64,000 nt of DNA from a virus, in the IMG/VR virus record IMGVR_UViG_3300050821_010764, positions 64,001-128,000 of that record; one strand, 5' to 3'. Shown here in pieces: positions 1 through 10,599 of the stretch. The notes under the pieces are model-generated. The model was not told the DNA's origin, did no database searches, and saw only the letters and a list, made by a program, of their open reading frames with translations. Position 1 is the first letter of the stretch. Every line of letters begins with the position of its first letter. A program made the position numbers and the translations under genes.

Positions 1-300
1 GGTGATTCTGAAAAGGGCATTGATAAAAGCAAAATGACTGAGAAATATAGAATATTGGAAGCTCCTTTGAGCACTCGATATTGTCCAGATCATCCGGGCG
101 TGCAAATTGCTCGTATTGGTGAGCATATGTGGCAATGCGAGATGGACAAGAAGTCTTACAATTTCGAAACAGGTTTTGAATTAAATAATGGCTCTAAGGT
201 TCCAGGTGGTGATGTGGCACAACAGACTCAAGGAGTCAATGTTCCTTATCATGCCATTTTTGATACTCGCGAAGGTAGATTAGGTTATAATAAACCATGA
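1..300 (+). CDS. Hypothetical protein, 5'-truncated, with a Cys/His motif (CPDH...C)
   Basis: Frame is open from position 1 to TGA at 298-300; the ORF track starts it at 34. Confidence 0.7.
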   Translation, partial: GDSEKGIDKSKMTEKYRILEAPLSTRYCPDHPGVQIARIGEHMWQCEMDKKSYNFETGFELNNGSKVPGGDVAQQTQGVNVPYHAIFDTREGRLGYNKP

Positions 301-476
301 GCGAACTACAGCAGACCATGCACAAGCTAATTGATACTATGGAAAAGAGAATAGAAGAAATATTGTCTTGTGTAGATAATGAGACTGCTGAAGAGTTTCT
401 CAGAATATTTAATGAGAAAATGAAGGAACTTAATGAACAAACCAACCTACAAAAAAATCCTGGAGCATCCGGATAA
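297..476 (+). CDS. Small hypothetical protein (59 aa, MSELQQTMHKL...)
   Basis: ATGA overlap with the previous stop; translated by hand; below the ORF-track cutoff. Confidence 0.5.
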   Translation: MSELQQTMHKLIDTMEKRIEEILSCVDNETAEEFLRIFNEKMKELNEQTNLQKNPGASG

Positions 477-1191
477 AGACGAAATCATTAATAAATTAGT
501 GATTGGACAGCCGTTAAATGATATTCATGATTGGCTAAAGGGTAAATATACCAACGTCAGTGAGGCTAAATTTGTTCTTTCTGAAAAAATTCTTAAGTCT
601 TTTCAACATACTTATTTAGATTTTTATAATGATGTTTTAACCGATCTTTCTAAAACAAAAACAGCTTTAGCTACTGGCACAGTTGATCAATTAGAATTAG
701 CTGTTAAAAAGAGTCCAGCCTATAAAGATGCCATGATTAGAACGGCAGGAACTGAATTAGATATTAGACAGATGGTACATAATTTATGTGTCAATGTGGA
801 ATCTCGTTTATCACAAGTCTTCGATGAAATTCAAGAAGACCCCAGAAATATCAACACCAAGGTAGATCGTTTATTGATTGATTATGCTGAAGTACTTGGT
901 AATATTCTTGAAAAATACTATAAGTTTACTGAAGCTCCTGCCGACCAAATTATTCAGCATAACGTGACTTTACAAGTGGTAGATCAGCATATTTCGGTAT
1001 TTCATGATGTAATTAAAGAAGTTTTGTCTCAGATGGATTTGGAGACCTCTTTGTATTTTATGGAGGTATTCAACACCAAGATGGCGGCGCTCAAGGTACC
1101 CGTACCAGATGCTCAGCCAACCCAGGAAATGAAGCTGGCTGAAGCAAGATTGCTTAATGAAACCATTAACCAAAAAATAAATCAACCATGA
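433..1191 (+). CDS. Hypothetical alpha-helical phage protein (a small terminase role is possible but unsupported)
   Basis: 252-aa ORF translationally coupled to its neighbours. Confidence 0.7.
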   Translation: MNKPTYKKILEHPDKDEIINKLVIGQPLNDIHDWLKGKYTNVSEAKFVLSEKILKSFQHTYLDFYNDVLTDLSKTKTALATGTVDQLELAVKKSPAYKDAMIRTAGTELDIRQMVHNLCVNVESRLSQVFDEIQEDPRNINTKVDRLLIDYAEVLGNILEKYYKFTEAPADQIIQHNVTLQVVDQHISVFHDVIKEVLSQMDLETSLYFMEVFNTKMAALKVPVPDAQPTQEMKLAEARLLNETINQKINQP

Positions 1192-3029
1192 CCAAACCTC
1201 GTTCAGCAATTATCGACATGCCATCCAAGAAACAATTGGAAATGGCTACCCGTCCATATTCTAATGAAGAGCTACAAGTGGAGCCTGAGGTTCAAGAAAG
1301 ACTTGACAAGTTGATGAAATTTTTCGACGAAGCTGGGATCGATTATAGTAAATTTGATCCAGAGTCTATTCCTAAATTAGACTTCAGCAAAAGACAAGCT
1401 TATCCAAACAATGACCAGTATATGTATATCCCGGGTCAACATAATACGCATAAATGGATGCAAGCAGTTAGAGAAATTTTTGCCAAGGAGAAATCCGGCG
1501 ACAACCGAGTTAATGCCATTCGTCGGGTTACTTCTGGTTGGAATATTATGGAGACGTTTGACTTTCTAAACTGGCTTAAATTTCATGAAGCAGGAGATCA
1601 TATGAAGTACAAGTTCGCACAACTATGGTATGAAAATGGTGAGCCCGGCTATTTTCTACATGTTAAGCCAGATCCAGCCAAAGAACCAGAGCCACAGGTT
1701 TCTGGACGTGATATCGATTTTGCTAGAGATCAAAGCAATAACAACGAAGAAAAGAAACAACTAATCGAAAAGCAACGTAATAAGATTATTGGCAGATTAG
1801 ATTCCGCTGAGAAACTTCTACGCTCTCCGGATGGACAAGTGTTCTCTGGTAAAGAATTTGAATCTCTGTTAGAAGCCATCTATCAACTAAAAAAGAAAAT
1901 TCAGATGGTAAACAAAGTAAGCGCTTCGACTAGATTGTATGAAGATATGATTATTCGTGAAGCCAACATTCTTAGCAGAAATGGTTTTACTAAGGCTGCT
2001 AGCGTATTACATTCTGTGGCACAAACTCCGGGCGCCGCCGGCGAACAAGCTAAAGGTACGCCTGGTGGAGAGATGGCTCTAACCCCTCCTGCTCCGCCTG
2101 ATCCATCTGGTGCTGGTAATCCTGGTGCTCCTGGTGGATTGCCATCAGTGGGTCCGGGAATGCCTCAAGGTGCTCCTAACTCTGCGACTCCAGCAGGCGT
2201 ACCTAATGAGACATCTCCTGCTCCAAAGGGGATTAGTGAATTTTTAGAGGGAATGAATACGGGTAAATTTTCTCCTGGCGACAATCTAGAAGTAGAAGAT
2301 ACTTTGTATGTATCTGACAACCAAGACGAGTTATTGGTAACAGAAGCGCAAGTTCCACCAGTAGATGAACCAATGACTGCTACTCCAGCACCTGCACCAC
2401 TAGATCCTGCTCCTGTAGCCACCCCACCAGCTCCTGATGCTCCTGCAACCGAAGAGCCGTTAGAAGTGACCGAGGATGATATTAAACCAAAGGGTGATGC
2501 TCCTGCGCCATCCGCCAGTGATTTTGATAGTAAAATTGATGCGGTCTTTTCCGGCATCACAGTCGCTGATGTGGTAGCCAAGCTAGAAGACATTGCCAAA
2601 GTTTATAAAACCAGAGAAATTCCAAGACAGCTCGGCGTCGTTGATATGATGCTAGATAGTCTGGGACTTGCCTCCTACTTCCCATCTTTATCAGAAGCTA
2701 CTAACAAAGCGCTTGAGTCTAACAACTATATTTCTACCCGTGTGGAAGACATTCTTTCCAAACTACGTGGAGCTATGGCTGGTAAGGATATTGATTTAAA
2801 GGGTGACGATAATGAGAAGCCAGAAGTAGCAGGCATTAAAAACCAGCTACAGTCTGATCAAGATAAAGAAAAGGCTCGTAAGCAGATGAGAAAAGATCAA
2901 GAAACTGCCGAGCTTGCCGGTAAGGGCAAAGAAACACCTGAAGTGGAAATTGAAGAAGATTTAGGTGCACCACCGACTCCGGCAGCACCTCCCGCCGCTC
3001 CTCCAAGAGCCCCTAGACCTCCAGCATAA
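1188..3029 (+). CDS. Pro/Ala-rich putative head-associated protein
   Basis: 613 aa with low-complexity Pro-rich linkers and several K-x-A / x-A-Q motifs. Confidence 0.7.
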   Translation: MTKPRSAIIDMPSKKQLEMATRPYSNEELQVEPEVQERLDKLMKFFDEAGIDYSKFDPESIPKLDFSKRQAYPNNDQYMYIPGQHNTHKWMQAVREIFAKEKSGDNRVNAIRRVTSGWNIMETFDFLNWLKFHEAGDHMKYKFAQLWYENGEPGYFLHVKPDPAKEPEPQVSGRDIDFARDQSNNNEEKKQLIEKQRNKIIGRLDSAEKLLRSPDGQVFSGKEFESLLEAIYQLKKKIQMVNKVSASTRLYEDMIIREANILSRNGFTKAASVLHSVAQTPGAAGEQAKGTPGGEMALTPPAPPDPSGAGNPGAPGGLPSVGPGMPQGAPNSATPAGVPNETSPAPKGISEFLEGMNTGKFSPGDNLEVEDTLYVSDNQDELLVTEAQVPPVDEPMTATPAPAPLDPAPVATPPAPDAPATEEPLEVTEDDIKPKGDAPAPSASDFDSKIDAVFSGITVADVVAKLEDIAKVYKTREIPRQLGVVDMMLDSLGLASYFPSLSEATNKALESNNYISTRVEDILSKLRGAMAGKDIDLKGDDNEKPEVAGIKNQLQSDQDKEKARKQMRKDQETAELAGKGKETPEVEIEEDLGAPPTPAAPPAAPPRAPRPPA

Positions 3030-3037
3030 GCAGATGA

Positions 3038-3802
3038 ATGAAACTACGAGAATTGCTTCAACAAATGAAGGAAGTGCAAGAGACTATAGGGACTTCTGAG
3101 CCCTATATCTGTGGAGGCACGCCTAGAGATAGATACTTGAAGCACTTAGAAAATATCTCGGATTTAGATATTACTACCGGTGACAAAACAGTAGATTATC
3201 TATCACAAGAATTTGCAGAGGCTCTTAAAAAACAATACAACATTACTAGAAGAACAATGGATGATGGTCACAGCACCATCTACATTGGTTCCTTTAAAAT
3301 GGATTTCTCTTCTAATTTTAATGTTCCTGGCATTGATGCTATCCTCGCCAAAACGGGGATTGCCAAGCCCACGGAAATACAAAAAGAAATGTTCAGCAGG
3401 GATTTTACCTGTAATGCTCTTCTTCTATCTTTGGACCTAAAAGAGTTAATTGATCCAACTCATAAAGGATTTAAAGATATGAATGAGAGAATGATTCGCA
3501 CCTGCTTGGCTCCTGAGATTACTTTGACTACCAACAGGAATAGAGTGATTAGAGCTATTTATTTGGCGTCTAAACTAGATTTTGATGTTGATCCTCGCCT
3601 CATTGAGTATGTTAGAAAAAATCCTCAGACTGTCAGAATCTCTACCGAAAAAGCCATGTCTGAGAAATTGAATGAAGCTTTCAATCGAGATGCTGATAAG
3701 GCTAGTAGTCTTATTACTAAAATGGGATTATGGAACTACATCCCAATTACTGAAGTAGTTTATCCATATTATATGAAACATAAGGGTTCCAATGGGAAAT
3801 AA
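3038..3802 (+). CDS. Class II (CCA/poly(A) polymerase-type) nucleotidyltransferase, divergent and short
   Basis: GGTPRD...DLDIT (motif A) and SRDFTCNAL (motif B); motif D reads TNRNRVIR instead of EDxxRxxR. Confidence 0.85.
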   Translation: MKLRELLQQMKEVQETIGTSEPYICGGTPRDRYLKHLENISDLDITTGDKTVDYLSQEFAEALKKQYNITRRTMDDGHSTIYIGSFKMDFSSNFNVPGIDAILAKTGIAKPTEIQKEMFSRDFTCNALLLSLDLKELIDPTHKGFKDMNERMIRTCLAPEITLTTNRNRVIRAIYLASKLDFDVDPRLIEYVRKNPQTVRISTEKAMSEKLNEAFNRDADKASSLITKMGLWNYIPITEVVYPYYMKHKGSNGK

Positions 3803-4886
3803 ACGAGCTTATTTTCAAGGAGGTGGTGGTGTCAATGAACCAACTCCGGGCGAAAAGAAATACAAATCAGACCCAGCCATTGTGGTACAGCCTCGTTTTG
3901 AAGAGGTGTTCTATCGCAATTATGACCTCTACGAAGTGCCTGGTTTCGAGCACATTGGTCCAGGGGCTGGTTGGCACGCCCTACAAAATTATAACTCGGT
4001 TGGGGAATTTCTAGAAGCCCGCAGGAAGAGACTCGCCCCTCGCTACGTGGCTGATGACTCTTGGCAGTTGGATAGTGGGAAGCGCACCAAAGAAAATCCC
4101 GGAATTAAAGCTAGAGCAGCCTTGCTAAACAGAATAATCAAAACGGCATCAAACTGTGGATTCTGTGGAAAATCTAAAATCGATGTAACTTTTCCTTGTG
4201 AACATTGTGGCAAAGGTGGAGCTGTTGTTGCGGGTGACGAGAATAATGGACCCAATTTTGATTATGGTAAAGGCTTGTACTCCAATATGAATAAGTATAA
4301 AAGTGTCCAAGATTTTGAAGAACATGCTGATAAAGGTCCTGGAGCTTTTTTTGCTGATGACAACGAAGACCATATGATGCCGCCTAAAGAGCATGGCACT
4401 AAAATCTACGATTGGAAAAACAGTATTTATCAAGGAACGCCTAAAGCTACTAAACGACACGACTCTAATAATATAGATTTCCTAGCTGATCAATATATTG
4501 ATCCAAATATTGTAACACCAGAACCTGGTGACGTAGATGGTGGCAATCCAGTAGGAGAGGCTAATCAAATGGGAGGATATTTAGATGAATATCTTCCAGA
4601 AAAAGATTTTGAGGGCAAAGATCCGGATACTCTGGATTTTGGTAGGGATTACTCTGGCAGTGACCAGTTTCCTAGCAAAAAAGACTTTGCTCCGGCGACC
4701 ATTGACCAAGAGTCTGTCAAAAAACTAATAGACAAATACTCTCCTGCACCTACTTCTGGGCTGTACGGTTTGCCTGATGGTGTGGATTTGCCGGAGGAAG
4801 ACCTTGGGAATCCAACGGATATTAATCCAGATTATGGCTCAGTGGGTCCAGAAAGTAAGATGTACGAAGATAAATGGAACATTTAA
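3792..4886 (+). CDS. Acidic hypothetical head-associated protein with a CxxC-x11-CxxC zinc site
   Basis: 364 aa; the N-terminal YFQGGGGVNEPTPG motif is shared with the protease-scaffold protein. Confidence 0.7.
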   Translation: MGNKRAYFQGGGGVNEPTPGEKKYKSDPAIVVQPRFEEVFYRNYDLYEVPGFEHIGPGAGWHALQNYNSVGEFLEARRKRLAPRYVADDSWQLDSGKRTKENPGIKARAALLNRIIKTASNCGFCGKSKIDVTFPCEHCGKGGAVVAGDENNGPNFDYGKGLYSNMNKYKSVQDFEEHADKGPGAFFADDNEDHMMPPKEHGTKIYDWKNSIYQGTPKATKRHDSNNIDFLADQYIDPNIVTPEPGDVDGGNPVGEANQMGGYLDEYLPEKDFEGKDPDTLDFGRDYSGSDQFPSKKDFAPATIDQESVKKLIDKYSPAPTSGLYGLPDGVDLPEEDLGNPTDINPDYGSVGPESKMYEDKWNI

Positions 4887-4936
4887 AACAACGGATATTA
4901 CTACATATAAATGCATATCAGCTTAGAGGTACCTAA

Positions 4937-5887
4937 ATGTCATTACAGTCAACAGCACAAGAATTAATCGTTGTCGACCCAGCTTCTATGGGTCACCAAA
5001 TGGGTGGTGGCACACCTATGCAACTAGTTCCTTTGGAAGTGCACGATGGACCATCAGAGCATGACCATTCTGAACCTTTAGAAGTCAGCGACCAACCCGT
5101 TGAAATTGAAATCGAACTTACTCCTGAGCATTTAGGTATTGCTGGACCTGATCCACAACAACCTTCCGAACTTGAAGTGTCAGAACATGACCACAAAGAC
5201 GAAGCCAAAGTAGATGAAGATCCCGCCCAAACAGCTAAGAATGAAAAATGGGACTGGGGTAAACGTGGACCAACTGGTTTTATTGCCTGGGTTAAAGAGC
5301 GCTGTGACGATGTTCCTAAACACTCCGGTTATGATACCGCAGGTCTTGAGCGTGCTGTAGCTTATCTTGAGAGACTAGATAACGAAGTTTCCAAAGCTAT
5401 GAGAATGGATTTGGATGGTGAGCTAGATGCTAACCAAATTGAGAAGGTTCGTTCTATCATCGATAATGGTATTGAACGTTTGCATGATCGTTTAGATAAG
5501 GTTAAGAGCAGCAAAAAGAAGACTCGCAAGAAGAAGTCCGATTACGAATCAGATGGTCTTGTTAAAGAGGCTCAGAAGATTACTGGAGTATCTGGGGTGT
5601 ACGTTATGGTACCTCTATTGATTTCTAGAATTGCCAGAGTTTGTATTAATGGCATGGTGTCTGCTGGTCATGACATCGAAGATTTGTTTGAGAGACAAGT
5701 AAAATTCTACAAGCTTGATGTGCAACAACAAGCCGAGGTAATGCAATTGTTGGCTGATATGGGCTATAATGTTCGTCAGGACAGAGGCTTCATGCCAGAT
5801 CAGGATATTGACGTTGCAGACAGCGGCAATATGGACTGGGCAGCAAACTACAATCCTTCGGCTAATGTGTGGGGCAAGGATAGATAA
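4937..5887 (+). CDS. Hypothetical head-associated protein
   Basis: 316 aa, GAGG RBS, LVKEAQ motif. Confidence 0.7.
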   Translation: MSLQSTAQELIVVDPASMGHQMGGGTPMQLVPLEVHDGPSEHDHSEPLEVSDQPVEIEIELTPEHLGIAGPDPQQPSELEVSEHDHKDEAKVDEDPAQTAKNEKWDWGKRGPTGFIAWVKERCDDVPKHSGYDTAGLERAVAYLERLDNEVSKAMRMDLDGELDANQIEKVRSIIDNGIERLHDRLDKVKSSKKKTRKKKSDYESDGLVKEAQKITGVSGVYVMVPLLISRIARVCINGMVSAGHDIEDLFERQVKFYKLDVQQQAEVMQLLADMGYNVRQDRGFMPDQDIDVADSGNMDWAANYNPSANVWGKDR

Positions 5888-6057
5888 TGAGCAGACCAAT
5901 TATTCAAAAGGTTAGCTTATTAATGTCTGCCATGATGAGAGCTTGTCTAACCAAGCAATCTACTTATAGGCAGCAAGTGCAGAAGTATGATTTGAATAGT
6001 ATCGAACAAAAATGTCTCTTAGAATTATTGTACGACATGGAGAGCAAACATGTCTAA
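5887..6057 (+). CDS. Small hypothetical protein (56 aa, MSRPIIQKV...)
   Basis: TAATG coupling to the upstream stop; fills the gap; translated by hand. Confidence 0.5.
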   Translation: MSRPIIQKVSLLMSAMMRACLTKQSTYRQQVQKYDLNSIEQKCLLELLYDMESKHV

Positions 6058-6718
6058 ATATTCTCGTCATCAATCAGTGGTTTCCAGACAATCCGATGAA
6101 AACATCAGTGAAGACCACTGGTTAAAAAACTTTCAAAAGAGTTTACAAAAGGGCGCGGTTCAACCACGTTCCACCGATAACTCTTTGTTTGACCAAATTA
6201 ATTCCATCATGAATGGAAAATCCAAATACACGTCAGTTGATCACGCTGTAAAGGATATGCAAGAAAGAAGCGGTCTTACCGCTTACTTAGATAAGATCAG
6301 CAAAACGTCGGGAGAAGAGCGCGCTACTAGTAGCAAAGCTAAAACCGCTTCCGACATCCACCATGTAATCGAGAAGAGAGTCGATAGCGAAAAGGGACTT
6401 CCCGTTGTATTCAAGAAGTGCCCACAAGCCAAGACGACCTTAGAGAATTACATTAGGGATACAAAGGGCAACTTGCCAGTTCCGGCAATTATTGAAAAAC
6501 TAAGGTCTATCCATCAGTCTGACGTCTCTGACGCCAAAGATTGGGATGATGACAATCTTATCAGAGAAGTAAGTAAGCAGAACCTGATCGCTAAGAGAGA
6601 TAATCCAGCTAGCTATGAAAATTATGCTAACTTGGGCTCTAGAGATCATGACGCTGATTCCGAAATAGATCCATCTAACACCGACGCATTTCACGCCCTT
6701 ACTCCCGTAAAACAGTAA
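6050..6718 (+). CDS. Hypothetical protein immediately upstream of the large terminase
   Basis: 222 aa, GGAG RBS. Confidence 0.7.
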   Translation: MSKYSRHQSVVSRQSDENISEDHWLKNFQKSLQKGAVQPRSTDNSLFDQINSIMNGKSKYTSVDHAVKDMQERSGLTAYLDKISKTSGEERATSSKAKTASDIHHVIEKRVDSEKGLPVVFKKCPQAKTTLENYIRDTKGNLPVPAIIEKLRSIHQSDVSDAKDWDDDNLIREVSKQNLIAKRDNPASYENYANLGSRDHDADSEIDPSNTDAFHALTPVKQ

Positions 6719-6731
6719 CTGGGAGGGCTAT

Positions 6732-8639
6732 ATGCCCGCTGCGTCAAATACGTTAACGATCTCTGATAAAGATATTTTCAACAAACTTAAGAACCAACTG
6801 CTCATGATTGATCCGGTTGCGTTCTGTGAAACCTATCTCACACTAGATGGCAAGCCATTTAGACTGCATGGTAATGGCTATAAACCCTTTGCCGATATTT
6901 ACCGCTACATCGGTATCAAAGCTTTAGAACCTAACGCTAAACCAGTTATCATGGTTAAAGGTCGTCAGGTCGGTGCCACTACCATGGCTAGTGCATTAGA
7001 AATGTACTTCATGGGATCCGGTTTATTTGGGAGTGGTATCAAACCAGCTATCAGAGTCATTCACGCTTTCCCTCAGTTGGAATTGGCGGCAGCTTACTCT
7101 AAGACTAAGCTAAATCAAATGATTGTCTCCGCTGTTCCAGCGGCAGGGCAAGAAGAAAAATCCAGGGCTGCTAAACCAAAATCTCATATGCAGGTTCTAT
7201 TAGATCAGTCTACTCCTACCAATGACTCCATGCATTTCAAGCAGTTCATTGGTGGAAACCATTTATGGATTGAGTCGGTCGGACTTGACGGAGACCGTAT
7301 CATGGGTCGTACTGCCGATGTTTTGTTTTTTGACGAAGTTCAGAAAACGACCGGCATGGCAATTGGTAACTCTCTAAAAGTTTTGACCACTGCCAAGTAT
7401 GGAGAACCAACCAAGGGTGTGCAGATTTATTTCGGAACTCCAAGGCGTAAAGGTTCTGATTTCCATAAGATGTGGCAGACCTCTTCTCAACAGTATTATT
7501 ACTTAGGTTGTGAAGACTGTAAAGAATATTTTCCATTGTATACTCCTGGTTCGGATGACTGGAAAGATATTTGGTTGCACGGCTACATTGTCAAATGTAC
7601 TAAGTGTGGTCATGAGCAGGATAAGCGCGAGGCAGCAGAACGTGGTAAATGGATTGCCCTCAAGAATCCAGATGATCCAGATTGTAAAATGATTGGATTC
7701 CATATTAATCAGCTTTACATGCCTATGTTTACTCGTGAGCAAATCGAGAGCGAATTACCTGGTAAGCATCCAATTAACACCGAACGTGTTTTCATGAATG
7801 AAGTATTGGGAGAGTTTTTCCAAGGTGATGCTAGCCCAATTACTCCAGAAGAAATTAAAGACCTCTGTGCTGACATTGGTAGAAAATTTAGCGCTCGTAT
7901 CATTCCGCAAAAGAATACTATTAACCAACAGATTGTAGTATTGGGAATAGACTATGGCGCCCGCGCAGACTTAGAGCAACTAGCTAATCCTGATAAAGTA
8001 AAAGCCACGGGTCAATCTTATAGCACTGCCGTAGTGTTAATGTCTAAAGGTCCTGGGTTATTATCTATTGAGTTTTGTACTAAATTCAAACGTAATGACA
8101 TTGAAAGTAAAAAGGGAATCATTGATCAGATTATGAGACAGTATAGTATCCAATTGGCAGTGGGAGATATTGGTTACTCCAATGACTTTTCTGCTTTATT
8201 GCATCAGTCTTATGGAGATCGTTATTTAGTTTCCCGCGCTCATAATAGAATAAATGGTCACGTTAAGTTTAGTGCCGACGCTTTTCCAAAAGAAATTATC
8301 TTTGAAAGAGATTTCTATATTGGAGAGTTGTATGAACAAATGAAGAAAGGTATGATTAAGTTTCCATTTGGAGATTATGAGAAGGTGGCTTGGTTAATTG
8401 AGCATTGTGCTAGTATGGAAATCAAACCATCCATTTCCAGAGGTGGAGATCCAAGCGTCCATTATGTAAAAGGTAGTACTCCAAACGACGGTTTTATGGC
8501 GCTATTGAACGCTTACATAGCTTATAAGTTCATTATCAGCCGAGGATTTACCAATAATAATCCACTACTTCAGCATCAAAACTTCAAACAACGCAATAAA
8601 CCACTGATTGTAACGGGCTATGTTCCTCGTAAATTCTGA
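6732..8639 (+). CDS. terL: Terminase large subunit, lambda gpA-like
   Basis: KGRQVGATT Walker A-like, FFDE Walker B, FGTP, CEDC/CTKC zinc pair, GKW, GFHINQLY, NEVLGE and the GIDYG nuclease motif. Confidence 0.9.
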   Translation: MPAASNTLTISDKDIFNKLKNQLLMIDPVAFCETYLTLDGKPFRLHGNGYKPFADIYRYIGIKALEPNAKPVIMVKGRQVGATTMASALEMYFMGSGLFGSGIKPAIRVIHAFPQLELAAAYSKTKLNQMIVSAVPAAGQEEKSRAAKPKSHMQVLLDQSTPTNDSMHFKQFIGGNHLWIESVGLDGDRIMGRTADVLFFDEVQKTTGMAIGNSLKVLTTAKYGEPTKGVQIYFGTPRRKGSDFHKMWQTSSQQYYYLGCEDCKEYFPLYTPGSDDWKDIWLHGYIVKCTKCGHEQDKREAAERGKWIALKNPDDPDCKMIGFHINQLYMPMFTREQIESELPGKHPINTERVFMNEVLGEFFQGDASPITPEEIKDLCADIGRKFSARIIPQKNTINQQIVVLGIDYGARADLEQLANPDKVKATGQSYSTAVVLMSKGPGLLSIEFCTKFKRNDIESKKGIIDQIMRQYSIQLAVGDIGYSNDFSALLHQSYGDRYLVSRAHNRINGHVKFSADAFPKEIIFERDFYIGELYEQMKKGMIKFPFGDYEKVAWLIEHCASMEIKPSISRGGDPSVHYVKGSTPNDGFMALLNAYIAYKFIISRGFTNNNPLLQHQNFKQRNKPLIVTGYVPRKF

Positions 8640-8715
8640 TAATCTCCTAAATACTTGTTTTACTGATATATTATTAGTTGAGTATAGTAGAGGATAGTGG
8701 AAACAATGAGGCTTC

Positions 8716-10599
8716 ATGGCTTTTAATAAAACCGCAAAAAAAATATGGACAGGACCATCTAACTCTGATCAATACTTTGAAAATAGGTCTACTTTACCTC
8801 AGGTTAGTGCTCTTATGGCTCAAAGCGTCTCTCCTTCAAGAAGGGAAGCCTTGGCTTCAGAGGTAGAGCAAGGTCTCTTTAGGGACGGCTCTGGTCCATC
8901 TTACAAAGAAGATGGGGCTACCTATAATTCTCGTGTAGTGGCTTCTGTTGGCATGAATAAATCTGCGCAGGTTGTCAGCAGTTCGGGAGGTAGTTTCCGT
9001 GGAGGAACCGGCGATACCGTCAAACAAACTCCTGAAGTTTATTCTCCCCTTTGGTTAAACTCCAATCTTAATTTACCACGAGATAGAGCTACTATCAATG
9101 CTTGGTGCCGAAGCTTTTATGCTTTGAATCCTTTCGTGCATAATGCTATCAATCTTCATAGCACCTATCCAATTAGTAAGCTTAACATCAAGTGTCCTAA
9201 CAAGGACATCGAAAAGTTTTTCAATGATATGATTGAAGAAATTGATTTGATGAACATCTGCGTGCAAATCGCCCAGGAATATTGGCTACTTGGAGAATCT
9301 TTCGTTTATGCTGAGCTTGATGAAAGCCGTGGTAAATGGAGCCGTCTGTTGATTCAGAATCCAGACTACATGATTGTCAAGCGTACAGTAGTTGCCAATG
9401 AGCCTATCATTATGTTACGCCCCGACGAAAACCTTAAGAAAATCATTTTCTCTAATCGTCCAACTGATATTGAACAGCGCAAGCAGTTAAATAATCATAT
9501 CATTGACTCTGTCAAGCGTGGCGAGAATATTCCATTAGATAACTTCCATGTGTCTCATTTAGCTCGTAGAATCAGCCCTTACGAAATCCGTGGCACTGGT
9601 CTTCCAGTCTGTATCTTCCGTCAGTTGATGTTATTCGACAAGCTAAGAGAATCTAAGTATGCTCAGGCTGATGGTATGATCAATCCACTTACTTTAGTGA
9701 AGATTGGAACCGATGGCGCCGATGGTTTGCATCCAACCTTTGCCGACCTGGAATCTTGGAGGAATGTATTTGAAGAAGCACAATATGATAAGGACTTCAA
9801 GATCTTTACGCATGCCGGTATTGCTGTTGAGCGAGTCGGTTATGGTCAAGGTATTTATGACATTTCGGGTGATATCACTCAGATTATCAAGGAAATCTAT
9901 GTCGGTTTGCAAGTTCCACCGGTTCTAATGGATGGCGGCGCCGACACTACCTATGCCAACGGTGGTGTGGCTCTTGACGTTCTTCGTCAGCGTTACATGC
10001 AATTCCGTAATATGATGTCTACTTGGTTGAAGCGAAAGATTTTTGCTCCAATCTCTAAGATTCAGGGCTTCTACGATTACTCAGGCGGTGAGAAACAACT
10101 TATCGTTCCAGAAATCGATTGGAACCATATGTCTTTGTTTGATGCAGGCGACTACATCAATAGCTTGGTAACTCTTACTCAGGGCGATGGTCCTGCTAAG
10201 AGAGCTTCTATTCATACTTTGTATCGTTCTTTGGGTCTAGAATTCGAAGACGAAGTTAGAAAGATGCGTAAAGAAGCTATCCAAAATGCTATTAACAAAA
10301 AAGAAGCGGTAGCACTAGATGCCATGGATTTGAACTCTCTTCGTGCATTGGATGAAGAGGATGAAATTCCAGAACCAGAATTGGCACCAGGTCAAGCTCC
10401 ACCAGGATCCGCGCCACCACTACCAGGTGAGTCTCCAGGCGGCGGACCTCCACCTCCGGGAGCAATGCCAGGATTAGATATGGGAATGCCACCAGGCGGA
10501 GCACCTCCTCCACCTCCACCACCAGGTGGAGCCCCTCCAGGAGGCGGAGAAGCACCTCCAGCAGCGCCTCCACCAGCAGGCGGAGCACCTCCAGCTTAA
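8716..10599 (+). CDS. Portal protein with a Pro/Gly-rich C-terminal tail
   Basis: Follows terL; NPFVHNAI, YWLLGESF and SPYEIRGTG are portal-like segments; size fits. Confidence 0.8.
   Translation: MAFNKTAKKIWTGPSNSDQYFENRSTLPQVSALMAQSVSPSRREALASEVEQGLFRDGSGPSYKEDGATYNSRVVASVGMNKSAQVVSSSGGSFRGGTGDTVKQTPEVYSPLWLNSNLNLPRDRATINAWCRSFYALNPFVHNAINLHSTYPISKLNIKCPNKDIEKFFNDMIEEIDLMNICVQIAQEYWLLGESFVYAELDESRGKWSRLLIQNPDYMIVKRTVVANEPIIMLRPDENLKKIIFSNRPTDIEQRKQLNNHIIDSVKRGENIPLDNFHVSHLARRISPYEIRGTGLPVCIFRQLMLFDKLRESKYAQADGMINPLTLVKIGTDGADGLHPTFADLESWRNVFEEAQYDKDFKIFTHAGIAVERVGYGQGIYDISGDITQIIKEIYVGLQVPPVLMDGGADTTYANGGVALDVLRQRYMQFRNMMSTWLKRKIFAPISKIQGFYDYSGGEKQLIVPEIDWNHMSLFDAGDYINSLVTLTQGDGPAKRASIHTLYRSLGLEFEDEVRKMRKEAIQNAINKKEAVALDAMDLNSLRALDEEDEIPEPELAPGQAPPGSAPPLPGESPGGGPPPPGAMPGLDMGMPPGGAPPPPPPPGGAPPGGGEAPPAAPPPAGGAPPA

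Noticed and set aside
9718-9735. ADGLHP in the portal matching VDGLHP in the scaffold repeat
   Set aside because: A five-residue match with no flanking similarity; plausible by chance.
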